From contig OZ059894.1 of NCBI GenBank assembly GCA_964057225.1, positions 5,890,001-5,954,000 on the forward strand: a stretch of DNA of 64,000 bases, given 5' to 3'. This DNA comes from Auanema rhodensis. Taxonomy: Eukaryota > Animalia > Nematoda. Below the pieces are notes generated by a model, which searched no databases, was not told where the DNA came from, and saw only the letters and a program-made list of their open reading frames with translations. Position numbers and translations under genes: made by a program. Positions 37,497-53,337 of this stretch are shown piece by piece; position 1 is the first letter of the stretch; every line of letters starts with the position of its first letter.

Positions 37497-39819
37497 TTAC
37501 TGCGTAATGTATTTACCTTGAGGTGTTCTTTGTATACTTGAAGTGATTAGAAAAGCTGAAAGAAAATGCTTTTTAGAAAACGTATATCAATCCAACATAC
37601 CAAGGAAAGGGAAGATCGAAGTAATGATAAACATCCAATTATAGCCTATAGATGGTAAGTAATATTGAGATACAGCTGCTAATAATACACCACTGAGAGT
37701 CTAAGAATACAAACATATTTTTAAAAATAAATAAAAAATCGCACCGTTGAGAATGTTAAAAATCCATAGTTAGACGCTTTAAACTTAGAGCCAAAACATT
37801 TTACAGTTGCAGTAATGAACAGAGCATGAGTTGCTCCCATACAAGTAAAAATTCCACAAAGCTATAAGGCGAAGTGTTACATAAATCTGATTCTCAAAAT
37901 CTTGGCACATACCCAAATCAAATAGAAAACTTTTCCGAAGGAATGAATCATGGGCATAGTAAAAAGGAAAATAGAAGCTATACATGTAGCAGTGGAGACA
38001 GCAAACTATACAAAGTTTAATTTCAAAAAACTGAATATATGATCTTACTTGAAAATTGGTTTTATCAGTTATATAACCCCAAGTAACTCTTGCAATCGCG
38101 TTTACTACGGAACCGATACTGAAGGCATTGGCAAGGAAGAAGTCATCATCAATAAAGGTTTCACCGTAAGTCTGAAAGAAAAGAATAGTGTAGGGGGTAT
38201 GATTGATATGGTACAAACCTTGTATAAGTTATAAAACATGTTGGCATAAAATGAACAACAAAACAAAGCTCCAAATAAGAAGAAGAAAGTGCTCGATTTC
38301 AACATTTCAGTTGGTGGCATACTTCGCTCATTTTTACTGAAAAATGAGAAAAATCACAAAATGTATGAGTTCTTCTGCAATTGAGTAAATTTTCAAACAT
38401 ACTTTGGAATACCATCATTCTCAAATACATCGCCTTCAGAACTGCAATCCGAATCAGAATCGGAGTCAGAACCTCTTGAACGAGAACGCCGTCTTTGCTC
38501 ATTATCACTTCTTTCGATCTTGAAAAAGAGTAATAAACTGAAGTGATAAACACAAAAAAGCAATTAATAGCACCAAAGGTTACAACAAACATGCTGAAAG
38601 TATACAATCATCGAAGCAGAAGGTTATGCACAGGACACATGCAATTTGCACTATAACTACTAAAGGATACAACATTATGTATACCATTATCTCATCAGCA
38701 TTTCGAACAGGCTTATAGCGAACACCAGAATATCGAGTCTCATTTAAACCGGAGCGGAAAGATGACAAAAATTCGGACACAGAGCCGAGTCCAGATGCAT
38801 GAATCTGATGATTCAAAATAATTATTTGAGAGAATTAGAAGAATTATCATATGTTAACAATTCAATTCATTCGTGCGTTTGCAGCTAACAAAACAAGATT
38901 TTTGAGCTCACCTTCTCGGGAGGATCACATATCACTATTAATGCTATCATCTGCAGTGTGCCGTAAACCCAGGCTAGTGTTATGAATACGTCCGGCACTC
39001 GTTCCAAAAGTTCTTGTTGCAGAAAATAGCTGGAAAGGGAAAATTAATTTGGCGAGTGAGTATTAATTCACAAACCCATCTTTAGTTGAGGGAAGATTAG
39101 AAGGATTGACTAATTTTGTCTGAATTGGTGCGAAAATTGAGGAAGATAGTCCAAAACCAGCGGCAACAATTCCACTAACAACGCCAACTTTATCTGGAGC
39201 CCACTGAAATTTCATTTTTAATTATTACACTATGAACTTTCTAAGCATGGAAGCTCACATTGATAACAGTGGAAACAGCTGTTACGTAAGCTATTCCCAT
39301 TCCCAAGCCAAAAAGAAGGCCATAGCACACAAAAAATGCGTAAAACGAATGTTTAATAGCGATCGAAGACATGGCAACGCTGGACCTAATCATAAATTTT
39401 TATATTCGTTTACTTATTTCCAAGAAACTTACGTAGCTAAAAAGCATCCGATAAATGTTGTCAACCGAGGTCCTATTCGTAAATTTATAGCTCCACCAAT
39501 AACCATGGCAAAGGGAAAGCATCCTGCAATATGGTGTCAAAAACAAGCATGCTTACGAAACATACCTTGAAAAGTTGGAATCCACATTAAATGCTCCACT
39601 CTCACAGAAGAATCAGTATAATTTCTCATGTACGATGCCATATAGGGTAGCATGTTACCTAAAATATATTGAATTATGGATTAAAAAATAGATTGCAAAC
39701 ATACCAAAGGTGTGATAAGTGCCAATTGTTAAATGTATTAAAACTGCCCCAGCTAGAACAATACCTACACGAACTGGTGCAGATTGTCTATATAGAAGAA
39801 TTGATACAATATCCTGCAT
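37497..39819 (-). CDS. Major facilitator superfamily transporter, oxalate:formate antiporter (OFA)-like
   Basis: MQDIVSILLY..IVLAGAVLIHLTIGTYHTFG/NMLPYMASY..WIPTFQG/CFPFAMVIGG..IGPRLT..YGLLFGLGMGIAYV../WAPDKVGVVSGIVAAGFGLSSSIF..VNP..; the second half has YKTYGETFIDDDFFL..NAIARVTWGYITDK and ends TPQGKYITQ*. Confidence 0.9.
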
Positions 39820-42800
39820 GTTCAGTTGAGTATGAGAGAATATGCAACTGAAACATAAGATTATGATAGGAGGAGAGAAGGCATAAAAACCGTTGTTTAA
39901 TGTGGATTTGAGCAAGTTCTTCAGCCGATATACCACCTTTTCTTCACAGAAGAAAAAAACAAATGAGACTTCGTGGCCCAGATAATGTTAATTTTCTGTT
40001 TCAACAAGAATTGGCTGAAGAAACTTCGTAGTTCCCATTATTAGCACATTGTGTCGAACATTCTAAAACTTGGCGAATAGTTAGTTAGCGAATTTAGTAA
40101 AATAAACTAAAATGTCACATGATGATGAAGCGTTGCAAAGGAAAAATACTTTTTTTTATTTCAAAAGCAGGATATATTTAAAAGCATAACAAATGATAAT
40201 GTAAGAAGTGTTAACTGATATATGAAAAGTAGAAACGTCAGCTGTTATTTAATTCGAAAACAATAACAACTACACTAATTTTACGGAAAAACAGGTAATC
40301 ACAAAGAAAATGTTCTTTCCAATTTATTATTTCTGTGACAAATTGAACGAATTGATTTTTCTTGCAAATTTGACGCGGTCTATACGAAATTCAACATTTT
40401 TTTGTTTGATTTAAGTACTGCAAATTTATATCTAATTAAAATTCAATAGAAAGATAAATATCAATAAGTAAATAAATAATTTTCATAGTAAATTAATGAT
40501 TAAAATAGTGGTTTATTATTTTGTGCCTATGAAGAATGAGTTAATGAAACCCTTCCAAACGGGAAGGAGTCCAATCGATATCTTCTTATGTATGTTAGTT
40601 GTGCACAAAACTCTCAGCCTAATGTGTTTCAAAATATTATATATGAGCTAAATAAATAAATATCAAATTTGCGTGACAATGAAGATAATATTTTACTATT
40701 AATTTAATGATAATATCTATAAATAGATAATGTTTTGTTGAAAAATGTGTATATAGCTCGACCAAGATATTGGCTATCGAAAGACAAGAATAAGGGTTAG
40801 AAGATGAAGAAAACACCACGGAACCCTAAAGAATGAATAGAAGGGATATGACTAACAAAATTCTAGGTCAATCTATACTTATATGTTTGAAGTTGAAACA
40901 ATGTAGAAAATTATATTTCATCTTCACATGTTAATTGCATCAATATTTCGATGTTCCTTCTCGTTGTCATAACTAAGGAAAGTGTGATATGTGACAATGA
41001 TAATTCATTTTTATTTTAAAGTGAATATTTCCATATGATCAAAAACTTGTTTGCATCCTTTGAATTTAATAATGTATAATTCTCTCTTATAAAACAGTTT
41101 TTAAGAAAATTATGTGTGGTCGATTATTGACATAAGAGTAAACCTTAATTTGCATGCTTTTCCGCTTTTTAACAGAACAAGTAAATATATGGCAAGAAAG
41201 CGGAAATCTGTAATTTCCTGTGGAGAGATTGTGGAAGTCAATTAATAGGACATGCATAAGATTCAAATTATACAACATGTACCCTCCCTTTACTACGTCT
41301 CACTTCAGCTCAACATGTAAGCTTTACTGTGTTTTTATTTAAAAAAACGAAAAAGAGAAAGAATAAGGAAAGTTAAACAACTGAAGTGAAGAAACATATA
41401 AAGAATACTTGAAAAGAAGAAATGAATACTAATTTGCCTGTTGAATATTGGACAAGACCACCCATTATCATTTTCAAACAACCGCTCTTTCAAACATTTT
41501 TGAAAAAATGAGTTGTTTTTTTACTATTTTGTTCACGAGAACCGGTGTCGAACAATTAATCCTCATTCTTTTGGTATAATATGTTAATCAAATAAATTTG
41601 TAACCTTGCATACTTTTCCCATGAAAATAATTTTAATATTTTCAACATCTTCAACATTTTCCAATGAAGCCTAATAAAATTTTGATGAATACGTTGATTT
41701 TGAAACAGATTAATTTGTTTATACGACTTCTTCGAAAATTAGTTTAAGTGGACTATTTGGTGAATATTCGTACTTTTTCCTTGATATTCATATACCAAAC
41801 AAGATATAAAACTGAGTTTTTTGGCTATATTTCAGCTGCTTCAATAATAGAAAATTAGATTCTAATAGAATAATAGTTTCATTAAGAATTCATGAATCTG
41901 AATTCTGGTATCATTATGTCAAAATTTCTACACATTGAGCTCTTTTAGAACTCGTGAGAAACGAACGTATGCTCTATTAGTAGTTATATTCATATGATTA
42001 TATTGATTTATCTATTCATCTTTTACGATAACTATGATATTTTCATTTAATTCACCTCTACATTATTTTATATTCTTTATTAAAATTATACTCGAGTAAT
42101 AGCTTGAAGAAGGAGTTGTTATTTGCACTGAGATCCCTCTTGAAAGACAATGGGCATGTTAACTCCCTCAATTTATCCCTACATTTCTTCAACATCAAGT
42201 AAATTTATTAGCGATTTTTTGGCAGAAAAAAGATTTGTTCATCTTAAGTAGAAGATTAATCGAGAAATTCACAAACTGAACATAGAGATAATCGGAGGTG
42301 GCGGAAACAGCTTGTTCTGAGCTCATCGCATATCTGCTAATCCAATCGATCTCCAAAAATGGACAAGATGTAAGATAAATATTCATTCACATCCATTTTA
42401 ACTTTTTTTTATTCGTTATCTAATCTTACTATCTTTTTTTTTTCATTTAACAAACTATTTTAACAAAAATTGGAATTATACTAGATGTAGAATAGTTTTA
42501 CTTAATAATGGAGCATAGATTCATCTTTTTGCCAAGTAATCAAATTATCTTACGCTGCTAACACTCACTATTTCTTTCCATTTGGGTTTTGAGTAAAATT
42601 TCCCAAACTGATCAATTTTTTTCCCATTTTCCTCATTTTTCCTTATTTCTGTCACTTTCTGTAACCCGATTCTCTTTTTAGGTAGCATAATCTTTATTTT
42701 TCTTCAAGTTATGCAGTATTCGAATAAAGCTGCTTCAAAGATAAAAATGCTCTGTTATTTCTATTCAATCTGCCTATATATTTTTCTCAAATGAAGTTCA

Positions 42801-43183
42801 AAAATATTATAAAACGATTGTAACAAATCGTCTTGTAAGCATTGCATGTAAATGGTTGATCATCATTTTGTTCAGACTATCAAATAAGAACATGAGCTGT
42901 TTTGAATCGTGATATATTCAAATTAGTTAATAATCTTTATATAAATATATGAAAGCTGATTCAGGATATGAATAATTGTACGAATTATTGATGATTATTG
43001 AGATATCTGTAGAAAATAGACAGAGAAAGCGGTAGACGATAGCAGCTTATGACATATGTATGTACAAAGTCATATTGAGAGATATAGGATACACGACCCA
43101 TAAAGAAGATGGAGAAATAGAAGAAGAAGGCGATGAATATGAATCAGGAGGAGAAGGAGGAGAAGGAGGAGAACGCTCATAAT

Positions 43184-43227
43184 GATTATGATGATGATGA
43201 TGATGATGATGACTATGATGATGATGC
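43184..43227. repeat. (GAT)n trinucleotide microsatellite
   Basis: An imperfect GAT run is directly visible. Confidence 0.85.
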
Positions 43228-46200
43228 TGTAAACGAGGATGACAACGAAGTCGATGTCATCCACCAAGACGAGGCGAAGCATGATGCTGCTGAGATGTCA
43301 AAGTCAAATTTATTTTAATTTTTAAAGAATTATATTAAAACTTGGTCGGACCTAGTCTAGTTTTTTCCGCTTCCTTAGATTTTATGCCTTTTCTCTTATG
43401 ATTTCTATATACTTATACATAGTAAATACATGTGTTTACATGTGTTTACATGAAACTTTAGTAAGAAAACAACCCAAAAGTTATAATATTTTAATATTTT
43501 AATACATGTTTTCTTGATCTTTGAGAGTTTTTTTTAACAATATATTCCAATATGAATAAATGTTCTATTTCTTTTTCCTATTAATACGCTGCTTCTAATT
43601 ATTTTTAAAATTTTGCTTGAATTTCAGGAAACTCAAGTTTTATTCAAGTGTCAAGAGTGAGAAGGAGGGAGAGAGAATAAGAAACGTCATTCCAGTTATA
43701 AAGAAAGGCATCATCACCCCAACTAACAAAATGTTATTTTCAGAGCAAAAACTTTTACATATCTGTGGCATCTTTCGAAATATGGTGAATTTCAACATTA
43801 AAAGGTAATGCTTTCAAGATTTTCATTTTCTTTATTCTTTTTATTTGAATTCATAGCTAACTTTGTATTAAATTCAAGTGAACTTTGTGAAAATCTCCAT
43901 TTTGATAAATTTGGTTTTAATGTAAAAGAAGTAGAAAAAGTTATATTGCTCGAACTACCGCACTAAAGTTGCTCACTCAATGGTTTGTTGCCCTTCTCAA
44001 TCTGGGAGGATGATTCCCAACGGCATAAACCTGGGAATTTCTAGAAAACTTCAGCTTAAGCCCAGCTCTTGATGATGAAAAAAGTAGATTTATTTTTTTC
44101 GAGCTTGTTTACGAAAATTTCGATTGTTTCATACATCAACAAACTATTACTATTTTTTGTTTTAATTTTCAAATTATGAATGTTGAATATAATTAAACAA
44201 TATGTATTTTGAAACCATACATGAAGCCAGATCATAGATATGTTAAATGAATCGGATGATTTAATGATTATGAACTACTATGTTTTATTAGATTTTCAAT
44301 CTCCACTGTTAGTATTCGATATGTATATGTATATGTACATATATTTATATCTATAAATATATATAGTTAATTCTAATATCCGTAAAAAGAACAAAATGAA
44401 ACCTTGCAAAAGAATAGACAACGAATCTACGGAGGAAAGAATTCGTTTTTAGGAATTATAGCAGTTGCTTTATCTGCTTCATCACATACAACATCTCTCA
44501 GCATCCCCCAGATTTACTACATCATCATCACCATCAGCCTTAGTCCTGAGAGTCTTCTTCCTTCCTGATAAATCCTTTAGCAGAAATAGTTCATACATAT
44601 AGACTCACACACCTTCTGCTCTTTCCCATCTTGCGATCAGCTTTAGTTTTCTGCTCCTCCCTTTTCTTCCTTCTATACCTTCTTTATTTGATGTTTTTAG
44701 GCTTTGCTTCTACCACACCAATATGTCTATTCTATTCCTTTTTTTACATCTCACACCAATCCTCCTGTTTCCACATATATATAATTTTTTTTCAGTATTA
44801 TAGATTCTGTTAACTATATATATCTAATTAACATATGCAATTTTATTTTTCTAATAATCATATTACTTGAATACATGTATATACTTACATATATTTTTTT
44901 AAATTTCAATTTTTTAAATTCTAATTAATTTTTAATTTCATCTTAAATTTGTTTCTCTTCATCGAACATTTAACTGATTTCAAGTTGAAAATTGAAATTA
45001 AGAAAAGATGATGATGATGATTGAGATCTTCTTCATCATCTATTGTCATCTTCTTATGCTAACACTTAATTTTTATTTCAAAGTGTGGATGACATATCAA
45101 ATTTCTAGAAGAAGTAGAGCGAAGATGTCATACAAACAGATCACTGTGCATTTCATTCTCAAATCCTCCTATTATAAACTTTTTTTCTCATCTCATTTTC
45201 TGAGCCTGTTGGTGGAAAAAACACACCAAATTCAGCAAAATACAAAGAGCTTCCTTATTTGAATTTACTCCAAGCCAAGAATTTTTTTTAGCTCAAACAA
45301 TACTAAATACTACTGCCTTCTCATATTCTCACTGTTCTTACTAACTCTGATTGAAGTAAATTTTAAAAACTTGAAAAGAGACAAAGAACGATTCTGAACA
45401 TTTTTCTAAAACAATTAAAAAACAAAAAAGCGTACCACGGACTGCTCTTGTCACTTATTCATTTATGTATAAAGGTACTGCACAAATATTATGATCATTT
45501 TGTGATATATACTAACGAATATTCTTACAAGTGACTATTTTTATTTCCAAAATTTAATAAAGGAAAACTAGTATAACATCGATGAACATACTCAAGACGT
45601 TGTCGAAATGAAAGTCATAGCCTGCGGGGTCTCTCAGTTTCCTATTAAGTACTACATATCTATCCCTCCAGCTTTTCTTCATGTTCTTCTCTTTTCAATG
45701 ACTTCGGGTTAGCTAACATATGAATTCTATAAATGATAGTTAAGCTGCAAGTCCGAGAAGTTAGAATTTCAGGATCTGAAGCCGTTTTCAGATCAGATTA
45801 GATAATTCACATTGACGTCAAAAAACATTATTGTTACAGAGTTTACATAGCTACCTTTACTCTAGTATAACGTAGTACTTGTTTTGATGACATCTACGTC
45901 CAATAAGCAATGGTTTGACTTTCATCCTTCTCACTACCCATCTCAATACACATACGCAGAGGCGTGCTTCTTCCTTTTCAACTCCAACTACGCTCTTGCA
46001 TCACTTCTATTTTATATCTTGGATATTCACTTTGCTATCTTTCTATCCAATGAAAAAGACCTACTTCGGTTACATACGCTCTCATCTCGTCATCGCTTTG
46101 ACTGAAAGCTAATGTGTTCCGTGGCCATCTCAACTATACATGACGGGCTGTTTACCGTTTGCCATATATAGAATAAACGTGCACCTTATTCTTACGATGA

Positions 46201-46959
46201 GTTCAGTTCGTACCTTCTCTCTAAGTCTTTATTACAATAGCTTTCTGTCTACTCATATTTGCGACTTGGCTATTTTACTTTTATTTTCACCCGAAGCTGT
46301 GTCCCATTTCAAACAACCTCTGCATTTGTAGATTGATACCAATATATGAAATCTAAATTGTCACAGTTGAAAAACCTTTGTAGTATTGTCTAATGCTTCA
46401 CTTCCTGATAAATGAATGATTACTTCACTTGTAGAAACAAATAGAAGTTTTTGTGCTCTGACTCAACTTGTGAAATTCCTTGATGGTGATCTCAGAGTAA
46501 TATTCTCACGAATTGGATTTCATTAGCTTTTTAATTTGCTGATCAGATGTAAATCATGAAAAAATCAAACATTCAATTCATTTCATCGGTCTACTATTTT
46601 TTCAAATTTGAAAAATAACTATTATATAACTAACAACGTACTTATATTCCATATAGATATATTCATATTCTTAATGCTATCTATTTATTCTTATTTAACT
46701 AATAAAATGTAAAAATTCAATGCATAATTTCATATACTTTAAAAACTCATATCTCAACAATCCCATCAAGTAAAAGTTGATCAATCGGTCGATCTATACA
46801 TATACAACATTTCTTCATATAGTTCTATTCTATTTCTTTACATTTCTAATCTTGTACTCTGCGTTTTGTTGTGTTTTTTGTACATTTCAATTTAACTGTT
46901 TTCTTGCAGTCTTACTGATTATGACAGCATCTCGGTTTTGAAGAAATGCGCCTAATGCT

Positions 46960-47020
46960 ATGCCTGCTTCGCACCGCCAGAGAGATTCTCTGAGAACAGC
47001 CGGCCGACACGGCAGGCAAG
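46960..47020 (+). CDS. che-7: Putative distal alternative first coding exon of che-7 (MPASHRQRDSLRTAGRHGRQG)
   Basis: A GC-rich exon follows a TTGCAG acceptor (~46909). Its CAAG/GTAATG donor is phase 1, matching the phase-1 acceptor at 58403. Confidence 0.55.
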
Positions 47021-47509
47021 GTAATGTTTTAACATTCATTTTTAAAAACTTAACTAGATGCTGCTAAATTTTGAAAAAAGTACTTTATTTCTGAATAAAA
47101 GTCAAACTTTTTCAAAATAATTGTGAGTAAGAGAGCCATTTCATGTTCAGAAGTTGTGTGAGCGGAAGTTGTTTCATAGATTTTACTTCAAAAAGCTTTG
47201 AAGTTCATTTCCATACAAACTATTATCGAAAGATGTAGATATAAGCCATTAACTAAAAGCTTTCCTAATCAATCTTTACATAAGTTTTTTAGCTTTCGAG
47301 CATTTTCTTCATGTATATATATAAATATGTATATATTTGTGTATATATAATACATGCATACTTCTTGATCTGTGATGTGATCTAGTTATTATGTTTCCAA
47401 AAATATTAGTTAAATAATATCACTTATAATATTTAAAATATGTGTATTTATTTGATATTAATGTGGTCACTCTAAGATTAAAAACAATATTTAACAATTT
47501 TTTTTAAAA

Positions 47510-47571
47510 TACAACCGCACGCAATGCACCTGCATTAAAAAATAATTTATACTTAACGTGAGATTTCACGT
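47510..47571 (+). other. Dispersed CAACCG...(ACGT)2 element, upstream che-7 intron
   Basis: CAACCG at 47512; ACGT at 47556 and 47568. Confidence 0.5.
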
Positions 47572-50500
47572 GGATTTAGCAACTTTAATGATACTTAAGT
47601 TTGAGAGAGCAGAAGCAAGAGATAGAAAAAGGTGCAAAAAAATTTGAAAAATATTCATAAAATGAACTTCTGCTAACTTTGTAAAATTATTTTTACGCTT
47701 ACATCATCGTCGATAAATAATAACATATATAGTTATTTATATATTTTTTGCCGTTTTTTTCATAAAATATTACATATATAACATTGTTTATATACATATG
47801 TCTTGATTACAAATCCATTATTAATATCCTGCCGGACTAATACATCAACACAATTCTGAAATCTTTCACTTTTACATTCATCATTAAGGTTACCAACGGG
47901 GGCAGTTTTTTGGTTTTCCTACATAAAAAATATCTTTTTATTATTATTATTCTCATTGTTTTTAAGAAGATTACCAAATTGCTCAGGTGGTCTTCAAACT
48001 CCCAAAGCATTTCTATCGACCGAAGCAAAAAAACCCATATTTTTAATCTTATAAATAAGCTTTGCTGTATAGTTTATCATATATAACTTCATGTATCATG
48101 ACATTTTGAGCAAAGACATTGCCTGATATAATCCAATATTTCCAATTTTCAAGACAAAAAACATAAGAATTTCTTTGTGAAATATAACCAATAGTAAAAA
48201 AGATATATTTAGTTACCAGATTAGTGGAAGTGTACTCAATGAACGTTAGACTGAACATTTTAAGGCAAAATGCAGAAGAACATGACGAAAACATTGAAGA
48301 ACATAAAGCTAAAGGATATAGAGATAGTAGTGTATACCATGGCATATGAAGAGAACTGGTAACGGTTAAAGAGAAAGAGAAAACGAAAGATAAAGCAAGC
48401 AAGTCTAAACGCCAGAGGTTTAGGAAGAATGAGATTTAGGAGGATGAGAAAGGAGAACGAGGGGGAGAGGTGCTTCACGCCATCTTCTGCAATATGTGAG
48501 AGAAAACAAGAGTATACAGTAAAAAGCTCTGACTCAATGCTGAATGCAGAATTCTTCATTTTTCCTTTTCCCACTTTTTTGATTTCATTTTATTTATTTC
48601 TTTGTACTCTATTTTCTTTTTTCTGCTCATTTTTCAATTTTCTTTCTTGTTATTATATTTATAAACAAACATTTTTTTTGTCAATTTTTTTTGATATTTT
48701 AGCATCGTCAAGACTTCAAATTTTACTTTTTTCTTCAATTTTATATCTTTGTCCAACTATATAACTTTCTTTAATATAGTAAAATTATATATTTAATGCT
48801 ATAAAATTTTGAACGATACAAACCTCTTTTTCTGTAATTTTTCCTCAAGATTTCATTGCACTTAAGATAATGTGTGAGTGAACAATTACCATAGTTTTGC
48901 TCATTATTGGATTTAGTGATTTCAAACTTGAGCTTGTCCGAATCTACAGCACATATCATAACTACTATATCATTACCCTTTAATTCTATAATTCATTTTT
49001 TGATACAAATTGTATGATATTTTATAAAGAATCTCATGAATATTATTCGTTCAAAAGTATGTATATAAATCTAATATATAATACATATTCTCTATGTATA
49101 TATTAAGCTATGCTATATAGTTTAGTATATAAAATTTTTCTTTTGTGACCCATTGTATTAGTTACTATTAAGAAGTGATTTATCTACCAATATAAAGCAA
49201 GCTAACCATGTGCACCTCAAGTACTAAGCTTAGCTTAATTCTCACCTGCTTCTTTATTTAGTGATCAGTGAAGAAAATGTAGTATATACATTTGTATAAC
49301 CTAAAACAATATAATTAACAGTTTTTGAGTTAAAACATGTTTTTATATTGATTTTTAAAAAAAAATTTTATTTGAAAAAAAAGTTTTTTTTTCTTTTTAG
49401 TTGTTTCTTTTGAATTAATTTTCTAACCTAGTTCAATACTGAGTATGCTCCTTTTCTTTGTCGTTTGATTGATGAACTTAAACATTCAAAACAATAAAAT
49501 TATAGTTTAGTTGGAAAGAACATAAAATCTGACAAGCTATGCTAATCCACTAAATGATGTTATATATGTGAATATATACATATGTATATATAATAAAATA
49601 TATTTCTAAATAGCCAATTATTAAAGGAACAAGTTAAATTTACGCTATTTAAACTCTTCAACATCTATAATAGTTCACTCACAATTATCAGTGAATTCAT
49701 TCAATTGCATTGACTCTCCTTTTTCCGATTTCCCGTTCAAATAGCTTGAAATATAAATATAAATGCAGTTGTATATTTTCAAATATGTATGAAGAATTAT
49801 ATCCTCGTTCATTTGACTATCCACAACTTATCAACTGATAGTCACAGCCGTTTATTTTTATTCTGTTTAAAAAAAAACGATTTCTATTTATAACTTCATA
49901 TTTCTCACAAAAAGCAAACGTGCTCATAAAACGTGAGTTTATAACTATCTTTTTTTAATAGTTAAAGAGTGAAAAATGGTGTAAAATTTAATTTAGTTGA
50001 AAAACTTTGTTGCAAATATCGGAGGCGTATAATTAAAGCTGAAAATATCTTGCACACATTAGATTAGCTTATACATCTATCGTCTGCAATCGTTTTACTT
50101 TGAATTTATCCTTCTTTTTTTTTAATTTAGAAAGTATATAAAGGACAGGACATCGTTATTTTGGTATTGATTGAAAAATTTTAGTCAATTTTATCTTTTC
50201 TATTGAGTGAAATGAAAGAAAATTCTTCAACTGTCACCACATCATTTGAGCTTGAATGATCTAAGAAATGATATGTTTGCCTATCTGAGACAACACCTCC
50301 GCGAGACATTTTCGATCAAGATTTCACAGATATTATTGTTGCCAGAAGAGGTCTTCTGTCTGCGTCTTCTGAGTTCATATTCTTCCTGACATTTCCTCAG
50401 ATACTGTCAGGCTTCTTCTATCGACATCTAAACAGTTGGCTACCTTGCTAAGAATCGCATGAACTCCTTTCGTAGACGTATAAGTTGGTTTCAAGGTTTT

Positions 50501-53234
50501 TTTACTTCAAAACTATAATTTTTATAAGAAAATAGATTTTCTTAATATTTCTACATTTTTCTCATTTTCTCTACTTCTATCGTTTACTGCTGAAGCTATA
50601 TCTTTCAATGATATTCCGTGAGGCGTGAACTAGGTAATAGCATCTGCCAAAGAGAGAATGAAATTTTTGAAATATTTTCATCTACAACACCACATATAGT
50701 AACTCAAGATAATACTTAACTTCAAAACTAAAGCTGCATCTTAAATAGAACCCGGAATATACGTGAACATGTAGAGAAGCATTTTTTCATAAAAATTGAG
50801 CCAGCTAGCAAAAGCTCTCAAAGTAAAGCGTTGAAGTATTTTGATTAATTTTTGAAATTGAGCTCATGAATCTACGAGTAACGGAACAATTATATCTATA
50901 CTATATGTGTATAATATAATATTATATTATATGTTATATTACCTGTTCTCATGATGAGGCAACTGCTACTAGTCATAATCATTTAATGTTTCTGAACATA
51001 TTCCCTCCCTCACTTTCTCTTTTTCTTTCCCTTCCTCTCGCTTTAGAAATTTACTCATTTCCTTACCTTCTATGATCATTCATTTTCATTTAGTTCTAGC
51101 TTTTTCTTCCTTCCCTTTTTCTCCCTCCTACTCTCTCTCTTTCTGCTGCGCTTTCGACTTCCTTATATCATGTGTTACCTCCACATCCCTCACCTCTCCC
51201 ACCCTCATTCACCTTAACCTCATGTCACTCTAGTTTGTCATTACCTTTTTAGATTGTTCTCTCACTATCTCGTATTCTAAATATTATACATGATCGTCAT
51301 TCTTTCTAAACTTTATCATATTGCTATGTCATAATATGATTGGGGGAACTGAGTTTTCTGCGTCTCCACCCGATGCTAGCCTAAAGACATTTGCAAGCCT
51401 CGTTCCATGATCATCTCCTTTACTCCGTTCCCCCTTTCTCGTCATTTCTCTCTCTCGTCCTCACCCTCCTACATTCCCTTTGTATTGCGTGCATGTTCTC
51501 ACTACCCCTCCCACTACTACTCTCTTTCTCGCTCCCTCTTTACTTCTCTCTCCCTTTTCCTAGCTGTTTCCCTCTCTCTATCTATTTCCGTTCTCACACC
51601 TTCCAATTAAATTTCAACTTCTCTATCAATCTCGCCTCTTGTGTTTCAATTTTTGCTCCACATTGACTCACTTCTTATCACAATGTATTCTACCCATAGC
51701 CTAAAAAATGTTTTCTTGTTGTCTCCTAAGGCAGCCTAATCATCTCATCAACAATTCAATCTTGATCGTTTGAACATCAATTGTTTCAAACTCAAGATTA
51801 CATATAATCCCTCTTCTAAATCCAGGAATTCTTCTTTTCAAGAACTCACATTAATTTTTGTTCTAGTTTTACCGACAACTTTTATGAGAATTTTGAATTT
51901 TTTCTTTTTTTCTCATTTCTCGCAACACATTGGCATCTGTCTCCTACCCTATCAAGCTCTTTCACATTCTTCTTAATTACTTTGATGAAACACTTGACTA
52001 CATGAGCTCTAACGTCATTGGTCCACAACAGACTTGTCATCTTTCCTGCGTTTTTTCAATTTTACTGACCTTTTCTATTTCATTTTTGTATAAATTTTTA
52101 ACAATTTTATTTTAGTTCTTTTTCAATTTATTATTCGTTTTAATTGTTTTTGACGGAGGAGTTCATCGTTTTCACCGAATTCACCGAATTCATTTTCACT
52201 CGTTGTACCTGTTGCTTTATTTTCTCAGTTTTGCATTCAGATTTTTTTCTATTTGCTGTTATTTTCTTTTTCTCTTCTTCCAATTGTGTATCATTTCATT
52301 AGAAACCAGGGCCATGTTGTAGCCTTCTGTGTTTTTTGAATAAGTAGTGTCTGTTTACAAATTTAGCAACAAATTAACAACAGCTATGATGACGAGTTAG
52401 AAAACTAAAACTAAAGCTCAGCATATTATATTATTTTTTAAGTATAATAGCATTTTTAGTCTTGAGAACCATAGCTATTTCATTTTTTGTCGTCTCCTCC
52501 TTTTATGGTCAAGTAACCAACTCTTTCTCTATCTTTTCTTCTTTCTCTTTCTCTTTCTCTCTCCTTCTCTCTCTCCTTCTCCCTCTCTAGTTCTCTATTT
52601 CGTTTTTTATTCCATTCCCTTCAGTTGAAAAAAATAAGAGTATAAAAGTCCATTTACCTATAAAAACTAAAACAAATCATCAGGGGGCTTCTCATACGTT
52701 TTTCCGTCCACGTACTTTTCATTCTCGATGTACTCCCGAGATTTTTTCCTTCCTCAAATCTTAATTGGTTCAAAAGTTGATATTTGACTCTTTTTTGGAT
52801 TACGTATACCTTAATTTGAGAAATATTCTAAGAATTCTTGATACAAGAATCTTTACTCATATTTTACGACCAACAGCTTTTCCACTTGAGCAATCTTTTG
52901 GCTAAGGGTGGCTCAACAAAGTTCAACTTCAAGCTCGGCAAGTCCATTTAATTTGTTTCAATTTTATTATTTTCCATATGGAAATCATCAGTTCAACAAT
53001 GCATATCGTGGAATTTATCAATTATGTCTACAATAATATTTATATTCATATAAATTCTTGATTGATTATATGCCCTTTCCATGTATGTACGTACATATGT
53101 ATGTATGTAAGCTCAAATTAGTTTCTTGTTCATTACTCTCCCCTTCTTCTAGTTTTGCTATCCTCATTTCATTTTCTACTGTTCAACTCTTTCAACGTTT
53201 CTTCCTTTTTAATTTTCATCCAATTCACTATGCT

Positions 53235-53337
53235 ACGTAATCCAATCATTTAATATCACCTTCCACGTATACACGGAAATTACGTGAACTCATGCCACAT
53301 TTTTATTTTTCTTGTATATTCTTCCTGAACGGTTGTA
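53235..53337 (-). other. Dispersed CAACCG...(ACGT)n element, minus strand
   Basis: CGGTTG at 53330-53335; ACGT at 53282, 53265 and 53235. Confidence 0.45.

Noticed and set aside
43133-43318. Acidic poly-Asp ORF
   Set aside because: It is explained by GAT and GAGAAGGAG simple repeats, with no convincing exon context.
40000-46900. Possible genes or transposon in the long interval between the MFS gene and che-7
   Set aside because: I found no phase-consistent exon chain, transposase or RT motifs, or terminal repeats. I treat it as regulatory intergenic DNA.
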